Source: Candidatus Sericytochromatia bacterium (GTDB lineage Bacteria > Cyanobacteriota > Sericytochromatia > S15B-MN24 > JAQBPE01). Taken from it: 12,529 bases of DNA. Below are positions 1 through 6,068 of this stretch, piece after piece. The stretch spans positions 1-12,529 of the forward strand of contig JAYKHR010000033.1 of assembly GCA_035285125.1 (NCBI GenBank), read 5' to 3'. The position numbers were made by a program, and so were the translations under genes. Each line of letters opens with the position of its first letter. Within the stretch, counting starts at the first letter, position 1. The notes under the pieces are model-generated. The model did not search any database and had not been told where the DNA came from. It saw only the letters and a program-made list of their open reading frames with translations.

Positions 1-12
1 GCCCGCGTCGGC

Positions 13-47
13 AGGGGCCCGCCCACAAGGCGGGCCCTTCCGCTTTT
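13..47 (+). terminator. Probable intrinsic terminator of a gene upstream of the window
   Basis: Perfect 9-bp stem GGGCCCGCC (15-23) / GGCGGGCCC (29-37) with a 5-nt loop, extendable by a G-U and an A-U pair, followed by CCGCTTTT. The U-tract is interrupted. Confidence 0.6.
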
Positions 48-65
48 CAGGGGGCCTCCCGGGCG

Positions 66-94
66 TTTCGCGACACCGGGGCTGCGGGTACGAT
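66..94 (+). promoter_or_regulatory. Candidate sigma70-type promoter for the glycosyltransferase
   Basis: TACGAT (89-94) is a good -10; TTTCGC (66-71) lies 17 bp upstream as a weak -35. It sits between the terminator and the GTG at 130. Confidence 0.4.
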
Positions 95-129
95 GTAGAC
101 GTAACGCCCTTTTCGAGCGGTGACAGGCC

Positions 130-1062
130 GTGGATGCCTCCCCTCCCTCGCGCGACGCCGCCCTCGATGTGGTCATCGTCGTGCCGAGCTTCAACCAGCG
201 GGTCCGGCTCGCCGAGTGCCTGGTCTCGGCGGGGCGTGAGCTTGCTGACAGCGGCCTTCGGGGCCGCCTTGTGGTGGTGGACAACGCCTCGTGGGACGGC
301 AGCGCGGCGATGGTCGAGGCGCGGTTCCCGGACGTCACGCTGATCGAGAACGAGATCAACCAGGGCTTCTCGGTGGCCTGCAACCAGGGTGGGCGCCTGT
401 ACGTCGCTCGCCACGTGATGCTGCTGAACAATGACGCCATGCTGGAGCCCGGGGCGCTGCGGGCCCTCGTGGACATGGCAGACGCCCGCCCGACGCTCGG
501 AGCTGTGACGGGCCGGCTCCTGGCGCCGTCGGGCCGGGAGCGCTACCCCGTGTCGCATTTCTGGCAGCGCTTCCTGCCCCCACCGCGCCGGGCCCACCGC
601 CTGGCGTGGGTGCCAGGGACCGCGGTGCTGCTGCGGCGAGAGGCGCTGGATGCCGTCGGCTGGCTCGACGAGGCCTTTTTCTTCTATAACGAGGACCTCG
701 ACCTCAGCTGGCGGCTGCGGCGGGCCGGCTGGGAGCTCTGGTACTGCCCGGCCGCCGTCGTGTTCCACCACGAGGGGGGCAGCAGCGCCCACATCCGGGA
801 CCGGGTCGTGCTGGAGGCCTACCGAGGCTCGCTGCTGCTGGCCCGCAAGCACCACGGCCGGCTCGGCTACGGCCTCACCCGCGCGGCGCTCCGGGTGGCC
901 GTGAAGGCCCGGCTGCTGGGGCTGCGGGTTTGGCAGCGCTGTCGCCCGGCCGACGAGGCGCTAGCGGGACGGATCCAGGGGCTCGAGGCCGTGCGGGAGG
1001 TGCTGCGGGCGGGCATCCCTCCGGCAGAGCCCGTGGGGGTGCCTGCGACGCCGGAGGGGTGA
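130..1062 (+). CDS. Glycosyltransferase family 2 (GT-A fold; WbbL/rhamnosyltransferase-like subgroup)
   Basis: Motifs VVIVVPSFN, VVVDNASWDGS, ENxxNxGFxxACNxG, LLNND (DxD equivalent), GTAVLLRRE, LDExFFFYxEDxDLSWRL and HHxGGS are typical of this GT2 subgroup. Sugar specificity cannot be read from sequence; the start codon is uncertain. Confidence 0.9.
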   Translation: MDASPPSRDAALDVVIVVPSFNQRVRLAECLVSAGRELADSGLRGRLVVVDNASWDGSAAMVEARFPDVTLIENEINQGFSVACNQGGRLYVARHVMLLNNDAMLEPGALRALVDMADARPTLGAVTGRLLAPSGRERYPVSHFWQRFLPPPRRAHRLAWVPGTAVLLRREALDAVGWLDEAFFFYNEDLDLSWRLRRAGWELWYCPAAVVFHHEGGSSAHIRDRVVLEAYRGSLLLARKHHGRLGYGLTRAALRVAVKARLLGLRVWQRCRPADEALAGRIQGLEAVREVLRAGIPPAEPVGVPATPEG

Positions 1063-1122
1063 GGGCGTGGGCGCCGCGACGGCGGCGTCGTCCCTGGGCC
1101 CGGCGGTCCTCGAGGGCTGAGA

Positions 1123-1149
1123 GGCCCCGACGAGGGTGTCGTCGGGGCC
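1123..1149. terminator. Strong hairpin between convergent genes; possible bidirectional terminator or 3'-stabilising stem
   Basis: Perfect 11-bp stem GGCCCCGACGA (1123-1133) / TCGTCGGGGCC (1139-1149) with a 5-nt loop. There is no clear U-tract on either strand. Confidence 0.5.
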
Positions 1150-1203
1150 CCTGACAGGGGGTGGGCGGCGGCCGCCTCGGCCGAGGGTGCCAGCGCGCGT
1201 GGG

Positions 1204-1806
1204 CTAGAAGCTGATCGACTCGGGCTCGGTCGTGTCGAACACCTCGCCGTCTGTCACGCCGATGGCCCCGGCGGCCTGACCCGCGAAGACCTTGTCGCGC
1301 AGCTTGAGCCGGAGGCCGTCCTGCAGCGTCATCTCTGCGAGGTTGGTGGTGGCAAAGCTCGTGGTGCAGCTTCCCGCGTCGGCGTCGAGGTTGTCGATCC
1401 GCGCCGTTTCCTCCGCATCGGCCCAGGCCCGGACCTCGACCCGGTAGCTGGTGTTGCGGATCAGGTTGTTGAACTTGACGGCCGCTCCGAGCTGCTGCTT
1501 CGGCACCCTGAACTCGACGGCGTTGGTTGCGGTGCCACGGTAGAAGTAGATCTTCGCGTGGTCGATGTCCGCCTCTCGCCAGGCCTCGACGGCCTGCAAC
1601 AGGCGTCGCCCCTGGTTCACGCGCACGGCCGCCGTGACCGTGATGGTCTGCTCGGCGTCGAGCACGCGCCGGGTCACGAGCTTCGCTCCCGACTGCGCTC
1701 CAGGCGCTCCCCACCAGGCCTGACAGCCCGACGTCACGGTGGGTGCCAGCGCGACGAGCGCCGCCACGCGCAACGCCTTGGCTGTGCTGGGAATCAACTC
1801 AAGCAT
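1204..1806 (-). CDS. Hypothetical exported protein, probable lipoprotein (200 aa), consisting of a single FN3/Ig-like beta domain
   Basis: ATG with AGGAG 7 nt upstream. The N-terminus is basic then hydrophobic, ending in VTSG-C28 (imperfect lipobox). VKFNNLIRNTSYRVEVRAW resembles the FN3 'L..(N)T.Y.V.V.A' strand motif and is echoed in the two NHL proteins. Confidence 0.8.
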   Translation of the reverse strand: MLELIPSTAKALRVAALVALAPTVTSGCQAWWGAPGAQSGAKLVTRRVLDAEQTITVTAAVRVNQGRRLLQAVEAWREADIDHAKIYFYRGTATNAVEFRVPKQQLGAAVKFNNLIRNTSYRVEVRAWADAEETARIDNLDADAGSCTTSFATTNLAEMTLQDGLRLKLRDKVFAGQAAGAIGVTDGEVFDTTEPESISF

Positions 1807-1813
1807 CTCGTTA

Positions 1814-1818
1814 CTCCT
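1814..1818 (-). promoter_or_regulatory. Shine-Dalgarno site of the 200-aa lipoprotein gene
   Basis: The minus strand reads AGGAG-taacgag-ATG. Confidence 0.75.
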
Positions 1819-1886
1819 ATCTCCGGGGGGATGGTCGGGGGCGTGGCCCTGCCTGACGCCTCCGACTACGGCTTACCGCGCCCCCG

Positions 1887-1960
1887 TATTGTTAATAAGG
1901 TGATAGCTTTGCTCGAAATTATGAATATCTCATTAAATGTGTTAATTTTATTAAGTAATT
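1887..1960. promoter_or_regulatory. AT-rich divergent promoter/operator region
   Basis: 58 of 74 bases are A/T (hand count) in an otherwise very GC-rich window. It lies between divergent genes and contains short direct and inverted repeats. Confidence 0.65.
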
Positions 1961-2112
1961 GACGCCTGATTCGCCGATGATGACCGCACCTGGGCCCTGT
2001 CTCGCAAGGAATTGTGGGCTTTATGTTCTCAAAAGGCTGATGGGGTCTGCCCGTTGCCCCCGTGGTGGGGCTCAAAGTGGCTCAACTCAAGGGCTTCGCT
2101 GGGATCCTTGCA

Positions 2113-3573
2113 TTGAGCCTAAATAACCGCCTCTTAACCTTATGGCCTGCGCGCGGCCGGGCCCTTGTCGCAGGCCTTGCGTGGGCGGCCGCCGGCTGCA
2201 CGCCGCTGCCTCAGCCTCAGCCTCCCGCGGCCTTCACCCTCCTGGAGGCCGCCGACGGTGGCGCTGCGAGCACCGTGGTGCACGTCTCAGGGGCCTGGCG
2301 GCTCCAGGCGTTGGGGCCGCTCACGGCCGGTGACGTGCACCACGTGACCCTCAGCCTGAGCCGCGTCGACGGGGCCACCGAGATCGCGCGTGACCGCGCG
2401 GAGCTCTCCCCGGCCGAGCTGTCACGGCCCATCCTCGTCAGCCAGCTGCGGTCCAGGTCGGTTTACAGGCTCACGGCACGGGCCTACGGGGCGCCCGGAG
2501 ACGACGCGGGTGCCCTGGTGAGCGAGCCGGAACAGGCGGCATCCGCGGCCTGGCGGGTCGAGGACCTCGTGGGCCTGCCGCCCCTGAAGCTGCACCTCCC
2601 GCTGCGGGCCGTGCCGCGGCTGGTGCTCACGACCCTGGCGGGCAAGCGGACGGCAGGCCACACGGACGGCCCGGCCCTGCGGGCGCAGCTCGAGGCGCCG
2701 GCGGGGCTGGCCGTGGGGGCGGGAGGCCGGGTGTATGTGTCGGAGCCCTCGGCACACCGCATCCGGGTGCTGACCCCCTCGGGGGAGGTGCGGACGCTGG
2801 CTGGCGGCACCCCAGGCCACCAGGACGGTCCCTTGGCGGGCGCCAGGTTCCGCGCCCCCACGGGCCTGGTCAGCGATGACCAGGGCTTCCTGTACGTCGC
2901 AGACAGCGGCAACCACTGCATCCGGCGCGTCACCCCCGAGGGCACGGTGGAGACGCTGACGCCCAAGGCGGGCAGCGAGGAGGGGGGCCCCGCCGCCGCC
3001 CTGGCCCTGGTCGAGCCCACCGGCCTGGCGCTGGGGGACGGGGGGGAGCTTTGGGTGGCGGATGCTGCTCAGCACAGCATCTGTCGCGTGTCGCCGCAGG
3101 GAGCCGTGTCGACGGTGGCGGGCGGCGTGGCCGGCGACGCCGACGGGCAGGGTGCGCGAGCGGGCTTCCGGCGGCCCCAGGGGCTGGCGTGGTCGAGGAC
3201 GGGCCAGCTCTTCGTGGCGGACACCGGGAACCATCGCCTCAGGGTGGTGACCCGCGACGGGCGGGTCACCACCCTGGCGGGCTCGGTGGCGGGCCTGGAG
3301 GATGGCCCCGCGGCCTCCGCCAGGTTCAGGGAGCCGGCCTGGCTGGCGCTCGGGGCTGGAGGCCAGCTGTACGTGGCGGACGCAGCCAACCATGCCCTGC
3401 GGCGCGTCAACCCGACCGGCCACGTGTCCACCCTGCTCGGCGCCTCGCCGGGCTTCGTCGATGGCCCTCGCCCGCAGGCGCTGCTCGCGTCCCCTGCGGG
3501 CCTGGGGTTCGACGGCCCCCTTCGGCTGCTGGTGGCGGACCAGGGCAACCACGCCCTGCGGTTGCTCCAGTGA
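2113..3573 (+). CDS. Probable lipoprotein: FN3/Ig-like N-terminal domain plus one six-bladed NHL-repeat beta-propeller
   Basis: Six ~53-aa repeats of consensus LAG..G..DG....A.F..P.GLA....G.LYVAD.GNH.IR.V (about 2620-3570). Signal-like RGRALVAGLAWAAAG-C with the Cys codon at 2197. Start uncertain: TTG 2113 chosen; GTG 2062, 2065 or 2077 are alternatives. Confidence 0.85.
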   Translation: MSLNNRLLTLWPARGRALVAGLAWAAAGCTPLPQPQPPAAFTLLEAADGGAASTVVHVSGAWRLQALGPLTAGDVHHVTLSLSRVDGATEIARDRAELSPAELSRPILVSQLRSRSVYRLTARAYGAPGDDAGALVSEPEQAASAAWRVEDLVGLPPLKLHLPLRAVPRLVLTTLAGKRTAGHTDGPALRAQLEAPAGLAVGAGGRVYVSEPSAHRIRVLTPSGEVRTLAGGTPGHQDGPLAGARFRAPTGLVSDDQGFLYVADSGNHCIRRVTPEGTVETLTPKAGSEEGGPAAALALVEPTGLALGDGGELWVADAAQHSICRVSPQGAVSTVAGGVAGDADGQGARAGFRRPQGLAWSRTGQLFVADTGNHRLRVVTRDGRVTTLAGSVAGLEDGPAASARFREPAWLALGAGGQLYVADAANHALRRVNPTGHVSTLLGASPGFVDGPRPQALLASPAGLGFDGPLRLLVADQGNHALRLLQ

Positions 3574-5996
3574 GGGGGGCCCTGGTTTCAGCTGCCTCGC
3601 TGCTGACGGCCGGGGCCCTGGTTGCGTGTGGCGGGCGGGCCGCGCTGCAGCTCAGGGCTGCCCAGGCAGAAGGGGTCGCGGACGTGCTGGTGGCCGAGGA
3701 GCAGGGCCCGCGCACCCTGGTGGTGGAGCTGGTCCTCGATCCCGCCAGGGTGCTCTTCGACGGGCCCGCGGGGCAGGCGCCGGCCTACGTGGAGGTGGCC
3801 CTCCAGCGCGAGGAGCTGGGCGTCCCGGGCCCGGTCCTTGCCAGCCTGCGGCTCGCCTTGCCCCTTGACGCGTCCCGCCCCCTGCGGTTCCGGAACCTGC
3901 GTTCCAACGCCCTCTACCTCCTGCAGGGCGCGGCCTGCGCGGAAGATGGGACGGTGCTGAGCGACCCCGCCCGTTCCCAGGCGCGGATCGTCACGGGGCG
4001 TAGCCTCGTGGAAGACAAGCTGCGGCTGAAGGTGGTGCTGCTGGACCGGATCTTCGCCGCGTCTGGCCTGGTGTCGCTGGACCTGATCGGGTCGCGGGAG
4101 CGAAGCGGCCTGCGGGGGGTGGTGTCCTGGCTCGCGGGCGACCCAGGCCTGTACAACACGCCCGACAGCGCCATCGAGGGCCCGGATGGCTCCGTGTATG
4201 TCAGCGATGCCGAGCTTCACTGCGTCTTCCGGTACACCGGGACGGGGGAGCGCCTCGTCGTGGCCGGCTCGGGACAGGCCGGGCTGCGGGATGGCCCTGC
4301 CGACCAGGCGATGTTCAACGAGCCACGCGCCCTGGCGCTGGCGCCCGGCGGCGACCTGCTGGTTGCCGACGCCGGGAACCACTGCATCAGGCGCATCTCG
4401 CGAGAAGGTCGGGTCTCGACCCTGGCGGGCGACGGGACGTCCGGGTTGCGGGAGGGGGACGGGCCTCAGGCGCGCTTCAGCTATCCTCGAGGCCTGGCCG
4501 TGGCGCCCGACGGCGTGGTGTACGTCGCCGACACGCGCAACCACCGGATTCGCCGGATCTCGAGCTCGGGCGCGGTGTCGACCCTGGCGGGCCTCGTCAG
4601 CGGGTACCTCGACGGCTCCACGGGCCTGGCGCTCTTCAACCAACCCTCAGGCCTGGCGCACGACGGCAAGGCGGACGAGCTGGTCGTGGCCGATGCTGGC
4701 AACAACCGCGTCCGCCGGATCACGCGCCAGGGCAAGGTGCGGACCGAAGCCACGCTCGCCGCCGCCTTCCGCAACCCCCGCGGCGTGGCCGTCGATGCGG
4801 ACGGCACGGTCGTGGTGGCAGACACGGGCAACCACCGGATCTGCCGCATCTCGCCCCCGCGCCGCACGCAGACGCTGGCGGGAGGCACCGCCGGCCATCG
4901 GGACGGGGAGCTGGGGGTGGCGCGCTTCAACCGCCCGATGGGCCTCTCGCTGACGTCCCGCCGCGACATGCTGGTGGTCGACGTGGGCAACCGGAGCCTC
5001 CGCCGCATCACGGCAGCGGGCCTTGTCTCGACGCTGGGGCCCCCGTCGGGCGTCCCAGCGGATGGGACAGGGTTGGCCGCCCGCTTCCTGCAGCCCGCAG
5101 GCCTCAGCGTGGCGGCAGACGGCCGGATCGCGGTGGCGGACGAGGCCCACCACGTCATCCGGGTGGTGGGCACGGACGGCCGCGTGGCGACGCTGGCGGG
5201 CCGGGGGGGGCCCGGCTCCGGCGATGGCAGCTCGCTGGAGGCTGCTTTCCGCAACCCCTGTGACGTGACCACGGATCGGAAGGGGGGCTGGATCGTGGCA
5301 GACGCCGGCAACGGCCTGCTGCGCCGGATCGCCCCCGACGGCAAGGTCACCAACATGCTCAAGCCCAGCACGGGCCTCTTCGGTTGCCTGACGCCCGCGC
5401 CCCGGCCGGGCATCCCGACGCTCCTCACGCCGTCGGGCGTCGTGGTGGCCCCGAATGGGGACGTGGTCGTCGCCGACCGCGGCCGGCACAGCATCTACCG
5501 GGTCACCAGCAGCGGGACGATCACGCGCGTTGCGGGCACCGGCCAGGCAGGCTTCGCGGACGGCCGGGGCGCCCGGGCCCGCTTCTCGTTCCCGGCGGGC
5601 CTGGCGATCGATGCCACCGGCGTCATCTACGTGGCCGACGCAGGCAACCACTGCATCCGTCGCATCGATCCCGGGGGGGACGTGCGCACGCTCGCGGGTG
5701 CGCAGCAGGCCGGTCACGTCGATGCGGGCGGGCGCGATGCGCGCTTCTCGAACCCGTTGAGGCTCTCGCTGGGGGACGATGGCGCCCTTCTGGTGGCCGA
5801 CGCCGGCAACCACGCCATCCGGCGCGTGCAGCGGGACGGCTCCGTCACCACCGTCGCGGGTGGGGGGGCCGGAGGCTTCCGGGACGCCAGCGGCACGGAG
5901 GCTCGCTTTCGCTCCCCCGCGGGCGTGGCCTGGCTCGGCCCTGACGAGGTGCTGGTCGCCGACAGCGGCAACCGCTGCCTGCGCCTGCTGCGGTGA
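3570..5996 (+). CDS. Probable lipoprotein (808 aa): FN3/Ig-like N-terminal domain plus twelve NHL repeats (two six-bladed propellers)
   Basis: The likely start is GTG 3570, overlapping the upstream TGA (GTGA) and giving MRGALVSAASLLTAGALVA-C20 with a lipobox. Twelve NHL repeats counted from about 4119 to 5993. The ORF-track extension to 3051 overlaps the previous gene and reads as nonsense. Confidence 0.88.
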   Translation: MRGALVSAASLLTAGALVACGGRAALQLRAAQAEGVADVLVAEEQGPRTLVVELVLDPARVLFDGPAGQAPAYVEVALQREELGVPGPVLASLRLALPLDASRPLRFRNLRSNALYLLQGAACAEDGTVLSDPARSQARIVTGRSLVEDKLRLKVVLLDRIFAASGLVSLDLIGSRERSGLRGVVSWLAGDPGLYNTPDSAIEGPDGSVYVSDAELHCVFRYTGTGERLVVAGSGQAGLRDGPADQAMFNEPRALALAPGGDLLVADAGNHCIRRISREGRVSTLAGDGTSGLREGDGPQARFSYPRGLAVAPDGVVYVADTRNHRIRRISSSGAVSTLAGLVSGYLDGSTGLALFNQPSGLAHDGKADELVVADAGNNRVRRITRQGKVRTEATLAAAFRNPRGVAVDADGTVVVADTGNHRICRISPPRRTQTLAGGTAGHRDGELGVARFNRPMGLSLTSRRDMLVVDVGNRSLRRITAAGLVSTLGPPSGVPADGTGLAARFLQPAGLSVAADGRIAVADEAHHVIRVVGTDGRVATLAGRGGPGSGDGSSLEAAFRNPCDVTTDRKGGWIVADAGNGLLRRIAPDGKVTNMLKPSTGLFGCLTPAPRPGIPTLLTPSGVVVAPNGDVVVADRGRHSIYRVTSSGTITRVAGTGQAGFADGRGARARFSFPAGLAIDATGVIYVADAGNHCIRRIDPGGDVRTLAGAQQAGHVDAGGRDARFSNPLRLSLGDDGALLVADAGNHAIRRVQRDGSVTTVAGGGAGGFRDASGTEARFRSPAGVAWLGPDEVLVADSGNRCLRLLR

Positions 5997-6068
5997 GCCG
6001 ACGGGGCGCAAGCCCCCTCACACCCGCTGCACCACCACCAGCTGCAGGGGCTTGCGCCCCGTCCGCTC
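5995..6068. repeat. 22-bp inverted repeat (21/22 match, 17-bp perfect core) enclosing the rnj stop codon
   Basis: GACGGGGCGCAAGCCCC (6000-6016) is the exact reverse complement of GGGGCTTGCGCCCCGTC (6047-6063). After one C/C mismatch, pairing continues GAGC (5995-5998) / GCTC (6065-6068). The spacer is 30 nt. Confidence 0.85.

Noticed and set aside
1960..2060. Possible c-di-GMP or other riboswitch in the divergent intergenic region
   Set aside because: Only a vague GGGCAGACC resemblance on the minus strand. The GNRA/receptor stems and remaining consensus are absent; an Rfam scan would settle it.
1558..2075. Small ORFs crossing the AT-rich region (1558-1962 +, 1866-2075 -)
   Set aside because: One overlaps the 200-aa gene antisense. 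Both have atypical codon usage and no clear RBS, so the region is better explained as regulatory DNA.
3051..3569. ORF-track N-terminal extension of the 981-aa ORF
   Set aside because: It overlaps the 6-blade NHL gene in another frame and is low-complexity R/G/P/A. The GTG at 3570 gives a clean lipoprotein signal and a GTGA coupling.
5203..5210. G8 run in the 12-blade gene (also G7 at 3040-3046) as a phase-variation tract
   Set aside because: Short for slipped-strand switching, in frame, encoding Gly-rich loops, and unremarkable at this GC content.
2620..5996. Recurring nucleotide words such as GCCGACGCCGGCAACCAC and GGCAACCACTGCATCCG at roughly 160-bp spacing, considered as a CRISPR or tandem DNA repeat
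   Set aside because: They are degenerate, in frame and explained by the ADxGNH motif of NHL repeats. There is no repeat-spacer structure and no cas gene.
1204..5996. Lipoprotein cluster as a mobile element or genomic island
   Set aside because: No integrase, transposase, tRNA or flanking direct repeats were seen, and coding GC looks similar to the housekeeping genes.
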